Origin: a virus
Lineage: Duplodnaviria; Caudoviricetes
IMG/VR virus record: IMGVR_UViG_3300008262_000063
Span: 1-60,342 of that record
Strand: one strand, 5' to 3'
Length of the DNA: 60,342 bases
Part shown: positions 20,947 through 30,515 of the stretch, one piece after another
Position numbering within the stretch: the stretch's first letter is position 1
Layout: each line of letters starts with the position of its first letter
Program-made: the position numbers and the translations under genes
The notes under the pieces: generated by a model
Told to the model about the DNA's origin: nothing
What the model saw: only the letters and a program-made list of their open reading frames with translations
Database searches by the model: none

Positions 20947-20960
20947 TAAAAAAAACGCAC

Positions 20961-21800
20961 ATGCTTTCTTATATCGGTGGCAAATCAAAAATCGGAAAAT
21001 GGATTGTACCATTCATTCCAAAAGACACAGAAACGTATGTAGAACCTTTCTCAGGAATGTATTGGGTATTCTTCAACATGGATTTGAAAGAATACCCAAA
21101 CCTGAAGAATGTTGTCTATAACGACTTCAACCCTTTAAATTATAACTTATTTAAATGTATTCAGAACCCATCTGAACTATTGAAACATATTGAATCAATA
21201 CCTTGTCAACAGTTTGGCGTTAGTGACACCCCACAAGTATTTAAAGAACAATTCAACCTGTTCCAATCTGAAATATTCAATGAAGGTTTTAAAGTCGAAA
21301 CACCTGATTATTCAACAGCAGCAAAATATGTCTATGTGTTGACGCAAGTATTCAGTGGTTCTAAACCTGAAACAAGTTCATTCATTGATTTGAAAGGTAA
21401 GTATAAATCAAAGTATCTTACATTCAGAGATAAGTTGAGTAAACCTGATTGGGTTGAACACTTCTTGAAAATCACCAATGTTGAGAATATGGACTTTGCT
21501 GATGTTATCAATAAATACGATTCTCCAAAGACTTATTTCTACACTGACCCTCCTTATTGGAAAACTGAGAATTATTACTCTAATCACGATTTTGACAGAA
21601 ATGACCACGAGAGATTGGCAAATGTTTTAAAAGAAATGGAAGGTAAATTCAGTCTATCTTATTATGACTTTGATTTACTTAGTCAATGGTTTCCTAAAGA
21701 TGAATACAAATGGGAATCAAAAGAATTCGCCAAAGCGGCTGCGGCTAAAAAGGGTAAAGAACAAACGAAAGGAACAGAATTGTTAATCATGAATTATTAA
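20961..21800 (+). CDS. dam: DNA N6-adenine methyltransferase (Dam/D12 class)
   Basis: 'YIGGKS', 'YVEPFSG', 'YND', catalytic DPPY, terminal 'ELLIMNY'. Confidence 0.9.
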   Translation: MLSYIGGKSKIGKWIVPFIPKDTETYVEPFSGMYWVFFNMDLKEYPNLKNVVYNDFNPLNYNLFKCIQNPSELLKHIESIPCQQFGVSDTPQVFKEQFNLFQSEIFNEGFKVETPDYSTAAKYVYVLTQVFSGSKPETSSFIDLKGKYKSKYLTFRDKLSKPDWVEHFLKITNVENMDFADVINKYDSPKTYFYTDPPYWKTENYYSNHDFDRNDHERLANVLKEMEGKFSLSYYDFDLLSQWFPKDEYKWESKEFAKAAAAKKGKEQTKGTELLIMNY

Positions 21801-21804
21801 TTAA

Positions 21805-22812
21805 ATGAATAAAACGTTAATAATTGACGCAAACAACCTCCTTAAAATAGGCTTCCATGGTGTAAAAGATTATTACCACAACGGAAAACATATTGGTGGG
21901 ATATGGCATTTCTTGAATACAATTAGACGATTTATTGAGGAACAAAACTTTGATAAGGTAATTGTTTTTTGGGATGGTGAGGGTAACTCATCCGCAAGAA
22001 AATTAATCTATCCACAATATAAAGAAAATCGTAACAAAGTACCTGACGAACCGAAGGACGAATCTTTCAGTTACCAAAAACAAAGAGTCAAACAATATTT
22101 GGAAGAAATGTTTGTAAGACAAGTTGATATTGGAAATAATGAAGCTGATGATTTGATTGCTCATTATTGTCATATAGCGACTAATGAGAAAATAACCATA
22201 TTCTCAGGTGATATGGACTTGACACAACTTATATCGGACAATGTATCGATATACTCACCAAGGATAAAACAAACGTATAAAAAGGGTGATAGAATCAAGG
22301 TACAAGAATACTGGGTACCTCATTACAATATTAAAACCTATAAAGTTTTGGCGGGTGATAAATCAGATAATATTGATGGAATATATTATTTAGGTGATAA
22401 AACCTTATTTAAATTATTTCCGGAGTTATTGGAGGATGAAATTAGTGTTGAACAAGTTTTGAATAAGGCTGAAGAATTATTAAAAGAAGATAAAAACAAT
22501 TCCGTTCTCAAAAACCTTTTATCAGGTAAAACAAAAAGTGGAATTTATGGACAGGAATATTTTGAAATTAATGAAAAAATTGTTAATCTTGATAACCCCT
22601 TGATTAGTAATGAGGGAAAAGAGATTGTAGAATTATATTACAAAGAAACTTTAGACCCTGAAGGTAGAGGACATAGAAACCTAATAAAAATGATGATGGA
22701 AGATGGTTTCTTTAAATTTTTACCGAAAGGTGATGACGCTTGGGTTAACTTTGTAAAACCATTTTTAAAACTAACACGAAAAGAGAAAAAAAATTTTAAA
22801 ACTAAAAATTAA
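21805..22812 (+). CDS. 5'-3' exonuclease / flap endonuclease (T4 RNase H, PolI N-terminal-like)
   Basis: 'LIIDAN', 'WDG', 'YKENR', 'EADDLI', 'SGDMDLTQL', 'GDKSDNIDG'. Confidence 0.92.
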   Translation: MNKTLIIDANNLLKIGFHGVKDYYHNGKHIGGIWHFLNTIRRFIEEQNFDKVIVFWDGEGNSSARKLIYPQYKENRNKVPDEPKDESFSYQKQRVKQYLEEMFVRQVDIGNNEADDLIAHYCHIATNEKITIFSGDMDLTQLISDNVSIYSPRIKQTYKKGDRIKVQEYWVPHYNIKTYKVLAGDKSDNIDGIYYLGDKTLFKLFPELLEDEISVEQVLNKAEELLKEDKNNSVLKNLLSGKTKSGIYGQEYFEINEKIVNLDNPLISNEGKEIVELYYKETLDPEGRGHRNLIKMMMEDGFFKFLPKGDDAWVNFVKPFLKLTRKEKKNFKTKN

Positions 22813-22817
22813 AAAAA

Positions 22818-23273
22818 ATGAGAGAGCAACACGATTTAATGAAACTTGAGTTTCTTATGATGGTAAACGATAATATTATCGTTCAAAGATTTTTCAATGT
22901 AAGAGATTATAACCCCAAAGCCAAAAATTCTGTTGAATTGTTGGAGTATATGAATGGGTTGGTTTCAGACATTCAGTATTCACTTAAAATGAAGTCAGTG
23001 TCGTATTTGTTGGAGAATCAGTATGAGATAACAAATAACCCTTCAATCTTGAATACGTCTTTTATAGACGGTCCTGAGTACTTTAACATTTTCATAAAAC
23101 AAAATGACAAGACAATTTGTCATAGACAAATTGATGCAAAATTGTACCCACCTAAAATAAGATACACCGTAGACATACGCCAGCAAATAAAAAATGTACT
23201 TTACGATCTTACTGACATTTTTTCAGATAAAGATTTAACATTTGAATATTTGGGATATAGCACTTTAGTATAA
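22818..23273 (+). CDS. Hypothetical protein (151 aa)
   Basis: Compact ORF between the exonuclease and helicase genes; no motif recognised. Confidence 0.7.
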   Translation: MREQHDLMKLEFLMMVNDNIIVQRFFNVRDYNPKAKNSVELLEYMNGLVSDIQYSLKMKSVSYLLENQYEITNNPSILNTSFIDGPEYFNIFIKQNDKTICHRQIDAKLYPPKIRYTVDIRQQIKNVLYDLTDIFSDKDLTFEYLGYSTLV

Positions 23274-23300
23274 TATTTATCTAAAACTCACCTAAAATTT

Positions 23301-24677
23301 ATGACTAATAATAAAAATTTTGATTACTTAGGAAGTTCATTTCAGATACAACTACTTAATCAAATAATTCTAGATAGTAATTTTTCAAGGTCGATTGTTG
23401 ATGTTATAGAACCAAACTATTTCGAAAACAAGTACTTTAAACTCATCATACAGATGATTAAAGAATACAATCAAAAGTGGGACAGTGTTCCCACTTTTGA
23501 TACCTTAGAGCAAATCGCTAAATCGGAATTCCAACAAGAAAATGTTGTTAAGGTTGTTATTGATACAATTAAAAAAATCAAAGAAGCTCAATTGTCTGGT
23601 GGTGAGTTTGTTCAAGAAAAGGCACTTAAATTCTGTAAACAACAAGAATTACAGAAAGCCATTACCAAGGCTCAGAAAGTAATTGATGGGGGTGAATTTG
23701 AAAACTATGACACCCTTGAAGAAATGATTAGAGAAGCTCTACAAGTAGGTGTTAGAGATGATGGGATGTTAAATGTATTCTCCAATTTGGATGATGTATT
23801 GAATGAAGATTTCAGACATCCAATTCCAATGGGTATCCCCGGTATTGATAAATTATTGAAAGGTGGTTTAGCTAAAGGGGAAATTGGTGTGGTACTTGCA
23901 CCAACAGGTGTTGGTAAATCAACATTCCTAACAAAAATAGCAAACCATGGTTTTAATTTGGGATATAATGTTCTACAAATATTTTTTGAGGATAATCCCA
24001 AGGTTATTCAAAGAAAACATTTTACCTTGTGGACTAAAGTTCACCCTGATGATATGTCAAACAAAAAGGATGAAGTTATCAAAAAGGTTAGACATATTGA
24101 AAATACCATGGAAAACCAACTTATCTTGGAAAAACTTCCATCTGATACAATGACAATGAGTCAAATCAAAAATCTTGTTAGAAAGAAGATTGCTGAGGGT
24201 GTTAAAATTGATATGATATTATTGGATTATATTGATTGTGTTGTGCCTGAGAAGAACTTGGGTGACGAATGGAAATCAGAAGGTTCAGTTATGAGAGCAT
24301 TTGAGGCAATGTGTCATGAATTGAGTTTGGCGGGATGGACGGCAACTCAAGGTAACAGAAGTTCAATATCATCTGAGGTGGTAACAACGGATCAAATGGG
24401 TGGTTCTATTAAGAAGGCTCAAGTTGGACATGTTATCATATCAGTCGCTAAAACATTACAACAGAAAGAGATGAAATTAGCAACTATAGCTATAACAAAA
24501 TCAAGGATTGGTGATGATGGTATTATCTTCGAAAATTGTAAGTTTGATAATGGTATGTTGGACATTGATACAGAATCATCGGTTACTTTCTTAGGACATG
24601 AAGAACAAAAAGAAGAAAACAATAGACAGAGAATTAAAGATTTATTAGAAAAAAGAAAACAAAAACAAGGTATTTAA
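23301..24677 (+). CDS. dnaB: Replicative DnaB-like helicase (T4 gp41-like)
   Basis: Walker A APTGVGKS, 'FFED', 'LLDYID', 'WTATQGNR', 'KSR'. Confidence 0.92.
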   Translation: MTNNKNFDYLGSSFQIQLLNQIILDSNFSRSIVDVIEPNYFENKYFKLIIQMIKEYNQKWDSVPTFDTLEQIAKSEFQQENVVKVVIDTIKKIKEAQLSGGEFVQEKALKFCKQQELQKAITKAQKVIDGGEFENYDTLEEMIREALQVGVRDDGMLNVFSNLDDVLNEDFRHPIPMGIPGIDKLLKGGLAKGEIGVVLAPTGVGKSTFLTKIANHGFNLGYNVLQIFFEDNPKVIQRKHFTLWTKVHPDDMSNKKDEVIKKVRHIENTMENQLILEKLPSDTMTMSQIKNLVRKKIAEGVKIDMILLDYIDCVVPEKNLGDEWKSEGSVMRAFEAMCHELSLAGWTATQGNRSSISSEVVTTDQMGGSIKKAQVGHVIISVAKTLQQKEMKLATIAITKSRIGDDGIIFENCKFDNGMLDIDTESSVTFLGHEEQKEENNRQRIKDLLEKRKQKQGI

Positions 24678-24680
24678 ATT

Positions 24681-25631
24681 ATGACTGAAAAAATATTAAC
24701 AGAAAATCCAAATCGTTTTGTGATTTTCCCCATCCAATACAATGACATTTGGGAATACTATAAACAACATCAGGCGGCTTTTTGGACGGCTGAAGAGGTT
24801 GACTTGACAGGTGACATCAGAGAGTGGCAGAACTTGTCTGAGAACGAACAATACTTCATCAAGAACATATTGTCATTCTTCGCAGCATCTGATGGTATTG
24901 TCAATGAGAACTTGGCTGAGAACTTCTACCGTGAAGTACAATACCCTGAAGCAAAATTTTTCTATGGATTTCAATTAATGATGGAAAATATCCATTCTTT
25001 AATGTATTCTTTATTAATTGATACTTATATATCCAGTCCAAAGGAAAAGGACGAATGTTTCAATGCGATTGATAGATTACCTGCGGTTCAGAAAAAAGCC
25101 AAATGGGCTTTGGATTGGATTGAAAAAGCGTCCTTCCAAGAAAGATTGGTAGCGTTTGCTGCGGTTGAGGGGATATTCTTTTCAGGGTCATTTTGTTCAA
25201 TATTTTGGTTGAAATCAAGGGGGGTTATGCAAGGTCTTTGTAATGCTAATTCATTGATTTTCAAAGATGAAAACCTACATTGTGATTTCGCAATTCACTT
25301 GTTGAACAACCACGTTGAGAATAAACCAAGTGAAAAAAGAATAAAGGAAATATTATTGTCAGCTTTGGAAATTGAAAAAGAGTTTATCACAGAATCACTA
25401 CCAGTGTCATTAATCGGAATGAATTCCAATTTAATGAAACAATACTTGGAATTTGTTGTTGATGGTTTGTTGGTTAAATTTGGATGTAGTAAACAATTTA
25501 ATGTTGAACAACCATTCAAGTTTATGGAACAAATTGCAATTGAAACCAAAGGTAACTTCTTCGAATCAAGAACTATGGAGTATCAAAAAGCAAAACTTAA
25601 CGAAACTATTTCATTCACAGACGATTTTTAA
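24681..25631 (+). CDS. nrdB: Ribonucleotide reductase class Ia beta subunit
   Basis: 'FWTAEEVD', '[13 protein letters not shown]', 'ENIHSLMY' with the radical Tyr, '[10 protein letters not shown]', 'DENLH'. Confidence 0.97.
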   Translation: MTEKILTENPNRFVIFPIQYNDIWEYYKQHQAAFWTAEEVDLTGDIREWQNLSENEQYFIKNILSFFAASDGIVNENLAENFYREVQYPEAKFFYGFQLMMENIHSLMYSLLIDTYISSPKEKDECFNAIDRLPAVQKKAKWALDWIEKASFQERLVAFAAVEGIFFSGSFCSIFWLKSRGVMQGLCNANSLIFKDENLHCDFAIHLLNNHVENKPSEKRIKEILLSALEIEKEFITESLPVSLIGMNSNLMKQYLEFVVDGLLVKFGCSKQFNVEQPFKFMEQIAIETKGNFFESRTMEYQKAKLNETISFTDDF

Positions 25632-25640
25632 AAATTAATT

Positions 25641-28058
25641 ATGTCATTAAGAATTCAAAAAAGAGATGGGGAGGTTGTCGCCTTTAACCCCACCAAAATA
25701 CAAACAAGAATTAAACGAGCAAGTAAAACCCTAAATGTTAATTCAGATCAGATATTCATTAAGGTAATCACATCAGTTCCAACTGAGGGTATAATCTCAA
25801 CAAAACAATTGGATAAGTTGATTTATGAGATTGCTGCGTCATATACTGGAAGTCATCACGATTATTCAAGGTTGGCTTCCTCTGTTGCAATATCCTCATA
25901 TCACAAAGAAACCAATGAAAGTTTTAGTCAAACAATGAAATCATTGGCTAGTGTTGGAATTGTTAATGAAGAGTTAATAAATACAATTAACCAATATGGT
26001 GAATCAAACATTGATGAGGTTATTAATCACGATAATGATTATAACTTTGATTACTTTGCTTGGCGTTCATTGTATGAAATGTATTTGTTGAAAACTCCTG
26101 AAGGTGTTACAGTTGAAAGACCCCAACATATGTATATGAGGGTTGCTTTATGGGTAACAAAATCATTTGATGATGCTATTGAATACTACAAATCTTTATC
26201 AAATCAACTTATATCTCCGGCAACCCCAATCATGATTAATTCGGGAACAAAGATTCCACAATTAGCGTCATGTGTATTACACTACAATGATGATGATAGT
26301 AGAGAAGGTTTATTGAATACAATGACTGACATATCAACATACTCAGCGGATGCCGCGGGTATCGGACTTTGTATGTCAAATATTCGTAGTAAAGAAAGTA
26401 GATTGAGTACATCTGGTGGATATGCTGGTGGATTGTTAAAATATCTTAAAATTGTTAATGAATCGTTAAGATTTTTTAATCAACAAGGAAGAAGACCAGG
26501 TTCTGCTGCAATATACTTAGAACCTTGGCATAAAGACATATTTGACTTGTTGGACATCAAAAAGAATACTGGTGCTGAAGAACTAAGAGCTAGGGATTTA
26601 TTCACTGCATTATGGATTCCTGACAACTTTATGAGAGCGGTGAAGGAAGATAGTGATTGGTATTTATTTTGTCCCAACGACATCAAGAAATCAGGATTAC
26701 CTGCGTTGCAAGAAGTGTATGGGGATGAATATGAACATGTCTATAACAAAGCGGTTGAATTAGGTATTGGTAAAAAAGTTAGAGCACAAGATGTGTGGAC
26801 TAAGGTAATTGAGGCTCAAATTGAGACTGGTGTTCCTTATCTATGTTCTAAAGATAATGCAAACAAAAAGACAAACCATCAAAACATTGGGGTGATTAGA
26901 CAATCGAACCTTTGTAATGAAATCTATCAATATACGGATGAGAAAACAACGGCAATCTGTACATTATCTTCAATGGTATTAAAGAACTTTGTTAAAGATG
27001 GTACATTTGATTTTGAATTGTTATATAGAGAAACAAGAAAGGTTGTTAGAGCGTTGAACAAGGTTATTGATATTAATAACTACTCAACATCAAAAGGTGA
27101 AAAGGGTGGAAGAGAACAAAGATCAATTGCGATTGGAACACAAGGATTAGCGGATGTATTCTATCTAATGGATTATGAATTTACATCACCTGAGGCAAAA
27201 CAACTTAATAAAGATATCTTTGAAACAATTTATTATGCTGCGATTAAAGAGAGTAATAAATTAGTTAAAAGTGGTGAATACAAAGCGTATGATTTCTTTG
27301 TAGGGTCACCAATGTCAAAAGGTACATTCCAATTTGATATGTGGGGATTGACAGAGGATAACTTATCAGGTAGATGGCCGTGGTTACTATTAAAAGATAG
27401 TGTAATCAAATATGGTGTATGTAATTCATTGTTTACAGCTCAGATGCCAGTTGCAAGTTCCGCCAAGATTACAGGTTCATATGAGATGACTGAACCTGCC
27501 CATTCCGCAATATTCAATAGACGTGTAGTTGGTGGTGAGATTACGATTGTTAACAAGTATCTAATTGCTGACTTTGAGAAACTTGGAATATGGGGTGAAG
27601 ATTTGAAAAATGAAATTATATATAACGAAGGTTCGATACAAAATATTAACTTCAATAACCACCTTGATCCGGAAGATAAAAAGTACAATCAAAAAGTTAA
27701 AAGAATTGAACACTTGATTAAGAAGTACAAAACAATATGGGAGATATCACAGAGGGAATTGATTGATATGGCGGCAGATAGAGGTCCATTTATTGACCAA
27801 TCACAATCAATGAATATCTATATGGGTAATCCCACCTTAACAAAAATAACATCATCACATTTCCACGCTTGGCAGAAAGGATTGAAGACATTATGTTATT
27901 ATATTAGAACTAAGGCAATATCAACTGGTGCCAAACATTTGGCTATGGACATATCTAAGATGGACAAACCAAGGACAACACCAACATTACCTCACGTTGA
28001 TCAAATAAAGACAAAACCTGACGATTCACCATTCGATTGTTTCGGTTGTTCATCGTAA
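25641..28058 (+). CDS. nrdA: Ribonucleotide reductase class Ia alpha subunit with ATP cone
   Basis: ATP cone 'IQKRDG', 'ERPQ', 'SNLCNEI', 'MPVASS', 'DQSQS', 'YYIR', C-terminal CFGC. Confidence 0.97.
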   Translation: MSLRIQKRDGEVVAFNPTKIQTRIKRASKTLNVNSDQIFIKVITSVPTEGIISTKQLDKLIYEIAASYTGSHHDYSRLASSVAISSYHKETNESFSQTMKSLASVGIVNEELINTINQYGESNIDEVINHDNDYNFDYFAWRSLYEMYLLKTPEGVTVERPQHMYMRVALWVTKSFDDAIEYYKSLSNQLISPATPIMINSGTKIPQLASCVLHYNDDDSREGLLNTMTDISTYSADAAGIGLCMSNIRSKESRLSTSGGYAGGLLKYLKIVNESLRFFNQQGRRPGSAAIYLEPWHKDIFDLLDIKKNTGAEELRARDLFTALWIPDNFMRAVKEDSDWYLFCPNDIKKSGLPALQEVYGDEYEHVYNKAVELGIGKKVRAQDVWTKVIEAQIETGVPYLCSKDNANKKTNHQNIGVIRQSNLCNEIYQYTDEKTTAICTLSSMVLKNFVKDGTFDFELLYRETRKVVRALNKVIDINNYSTSKGEKGGREQRSIAIGTQGLADVFYLMDYEFTSPEAKQLNKDIFETIYYAAIKESNKLVKSGEYKAYDFFVGSPMSKGTFQFDMWGLTEDNLSGRWPWLLLKDSVIKYGVCNSLFTAQMPVASSAKITGSYEMTEPAHSAIFNRRVVGGEITIVNKYLIADFEKLGIWGEDLKNEIIYNEGSIQNINFNNHLDPEDKKYNQKVKRIEHLIKKYKTIWEISQRELIDMAADRGPFIDQSQSMNIYMGNPTLTKITSSHFHAWQKGLKTLCYYIRTKAISTGAKHLAMDISKMDKPRTTPTLPHVDQIKTKPDDSPFDCFGCSS

Positions 28059-28066
28059 AAAATAAG

Positions 28067-28093
28067 AATCACGACATTATGTCGTGATTTTTT
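28067..28093 (+). terminator. Intrinsic terminator after nrdA
   Basis: Perfect 10-bp stem AATCACGACA-TTA-TGTCGTGATT followed by a T run. Confidence 0.85.
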
Positions 28094-28139
28094 GTTTTAT
28101 GGTATTTATAGAAATAATTCAAACATTATATTTATCAAT

Positions 28140-28598
28140 ATGGCAGATGGATTTACATATGGTATAAACTTTCCATTCCGAGATTCATATCTTGGAAACT
28201 ATTTAAGTTTATCTCAAACAACAGATGAGGAAGTAAGAACTAACTTAATTCACCTTCTCTTAACAAGGAAAGGTACAAGATATTATTTACCTGATTTTGG
28301 TACTAGATTATATGAATACATTTTTGAACCAATGGATGGACCGACTTTCTCTGATTTGGAAGCCGAAATAAGGGATTCAGTTACTGAATATTTACCGGGC
28401 ATTACAGTTACAAATATAACAATAAATCCGGCATCTGAAGGTGAAGAAGATAAGGGTACATATATCAACGACAATAATGAAAGAGTTTTTACAGTACCAG
28501 GAATTAGTCAAGCTGAACATACCGCGAAAATCAAAATAGATTACTTGGTTACCGATACAGCATTTAACTCAAGTGATTTTATAATTATCAATATTTAA
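28140..28598 (+). CDS. Baseplate wedge protein gp25-like (sheath initiator); start moved to ATG 28140
   Basis: 'GINFPF...NLIHLLLTRKGTRYYLPDFGTRLYEYIFEP'. The track's TTG start at 28092 lies in the terminator tail, and TATTTAT motifs at 28103 and 28129 precede ATG 28140. Confidence 0.9.
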   Translation: MADGFTYGINFPFRDSYLGNYLSLSQTTDEEVRTNLIHLLLTRKGTRYYLPDFGTRLYEYIFEPMDGPTFSDLEAEIRDSVTEYLPGITVTNITINPASEGEEDKGTYINDNNERVFTVPGISQAEHTAKIKIDYLVTDTAFNSSDFIIINI

Positions 28599-28602
28599 TA
28601 TT

Positions 28603-30441
28603 ATGGCGAATAAAAAAATATCATATACAACCAGGGATTTTCAGTCAATAAGAACTGAATTAATAAACTTTACTCGAACATATTATCCTGATTTAATTGA
28701 TAATTTCAATGATGCTTCGGTTTTCTCCGCATTATTGGATTTAAACGCTGCGGTATCAGATAACTTACAATTTAATATAGATAGAAGTATACAAGAAACT
28801 GTATTACAATTTGCACAACAACGTTCATCTATTTTTAACATAGCTAAAACTTATGGTTTAAAAATCCCCGGACAAAGACCATCAGTTGCGTTAGTTAATT
28901 TCTCGATAACAGTACCAGCATTTGGTGATAGAGAAGATTTAAGATATTGTGGTATATTAAGAAGAGGGGCTCAGATTAATGGTGCGGGACAAGTATTTGA
29001 AACCGTTTATGATATTGATTTTGCTTCGGCAGTAAATGCTGAAGGATTCCCAAATAGGTTAAAAATACCTAATTTTGATTCAGGAAATAGATTGTTAAAC
29101 TACACTATTGTTAAACAAGAAACGGTTGTTAATGGTATCACTAAAGTGTTCAAAAGAGTAATAACACCAAACGATATTAAACCATTCTTTGAATTATTTT
29201 TACCTGAAAGAAATGTTTTAGGGGTGACAAGTGTGTTATTAAAAGATGGTACACAATATGCTAACATACCCTCAGTACAAGAATTTTTGGGATTAGATAA
29301 TAGATGGTACGAAGTAAAGGCTTTGGCGGAAGATAGAGTTTTTGTTGAAGATCCAACTAAAGTTGCGGATAACCCTGGTATAAAGGTTGGAAAATATATT
29401 ACAACCTCAACCAAATTTATAACAGAATACACACCTGAAGGATTCTTTAAAATGACATTCGGAGGTGGAAGTCAATCGGCTGATGAACAATTGAGAGAAT
29501 TCGCAAGAAATGGATATCAGTTAGATTTATACAAGTACTCTAATAACTTTGCTTTAGGTAGTACACTTAAGGCGAATACGACATTATTTGTTCAATATAG
29601 AATAGGTGGAGGAACATCTAGTAATTTAGGTGTTAATGTGATAACTCAAATAGGTACTGTTTCATTCTTTGTTAACGGTCCTTCAGATTCAGTTAATACA
29701 AGTGTGGTTAATTCATTATCTTGTACTAATGTCACTGCAGCTATTGGAGGGGCACCAAATCCAACAACCGAAGAGGTTAGAAACTTGGTGGCATTTAACT
29801 TTGCTGCACAAAACAGGGCGGTAACTGTTAATGATTATGAATCAATAATAAGAACAATGCCGTCTCAATTTGGAGCACCTGCAAAGGTATCAATAACTGA
29901 GGAGAATAACAAAATTAAAATTAAGATTCTATCTTATGATGAGTCAGGAAATCTAACTGAAATCACCTCAAACACACTTAAAAGTAATATTGCGAACTAT
30001 CTATCAAACTATAGAATGATAAATGATTATATATCAATTGAATCTGCAAATGTAATTGACTTATCGTTTACAATTGATGTTGTCTTGGATAATAGTCAGA
30101 ATCAGGGGGCGGTTATCGCTCAAATTGCCGATAGTGTTAGTGAATATATGAGTCCAAAATCAAGAGAAATGGGACAAAATGTTAATGTATCTGAAATCAG
30201 AAGAATAATCCAATCTCAAAATGGAATTATATCAGTTGCCGATATTTTAATTTTTAATAAGGTGGGAGGACAATATTCATCATCTCAAACTTCACAAAGA
30301 TATTTGGATAGTAATACAAAACAGATAGAATTAATTGACGATACCATATTTGCGGAACCGAGTCAAACGTATCAGGTTAGATTTTCTGGTAAGGATATTA
30401 ATGTGAGAGTTAAGAATTTATCTACCGTCAATTTCTCCTAA
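28603..30441 (+). CDS. Baseplate wedge protein gp6 / baseplate J-like
   Basis: 'YTTRDFQSIR', 'QETVLQFAQQRSSI', 'YRIGGG', 'QNRAVTVNDY'. Confidence 0.9.
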   Translation: MANKKISYTTRDFQSIRTELINFTRTYYPDLIDNFNDASVFSALLDLNAAVSDNLQFNIDRSIQETVLQFAQQRSSIFNIAKTYGLKIPGQRPSVALVNFSITVPAFGDREDLRYCGILRRGAQINGAGQVFETVYDIDFASAVNAEGFPNRLKIPNFDSGNRLLNYTIVKQETVVNGITKVFKRVITPNDIKPFFELFLPERNVLGVTSVLLKDGTQYANIPSVQEFLGLDNRWYEVKALAEDRVFVEDPTKVADNPGIKVGKYITTSTKFITEYTPEGFFKMTFGGGSQSADEQLREFARNGYQLDLYKYSNNFALGSTLKANTTLFVQYRIGGGTSSNLGVNVITQIGTVSFFVNGPSDSVNTSVVNSLSCTNVTAAIGGAPNPTTEEVRNLVAFNFAAQNRAVTVNDYESIIRTMPSQFGAPAKVSITEENNKIKIKILSYDESGNLTEITSNTLKSNIANYLSNYRMINDYISIESANVIDLSFTIDVVLDNSQNQGAVIAQIADSVSEYMSPKSREMGQNVNVSEIRRIIQSQNGIISVADILIFNKVGGQYSSSQTSQRYLDSNTKQIELIDDTIFAEPSQTYQVRFSGKDINVRVKNLSTVNFS

Positions 30442-30515
30442 TAATTTATTTCCCCCATAATTGATTTATCTTTTTGAAAAAGTCAAATAAAGTATTTATT
30501 TAAAAAGATAAATTA

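Noticed and set aside
23301-28058. Inteins or group I introns in helicase, nrdB or nrdA
   Set aside because: Lengths are normal, motifs are contiguous, and no splice motifs or interruptions are seen.
28092-28139. N-terminal extension of gp25 from TTG 28092
   Set aside because: It overlaps the terminator tail and late motifs; ATG 28140 gives the typical start.
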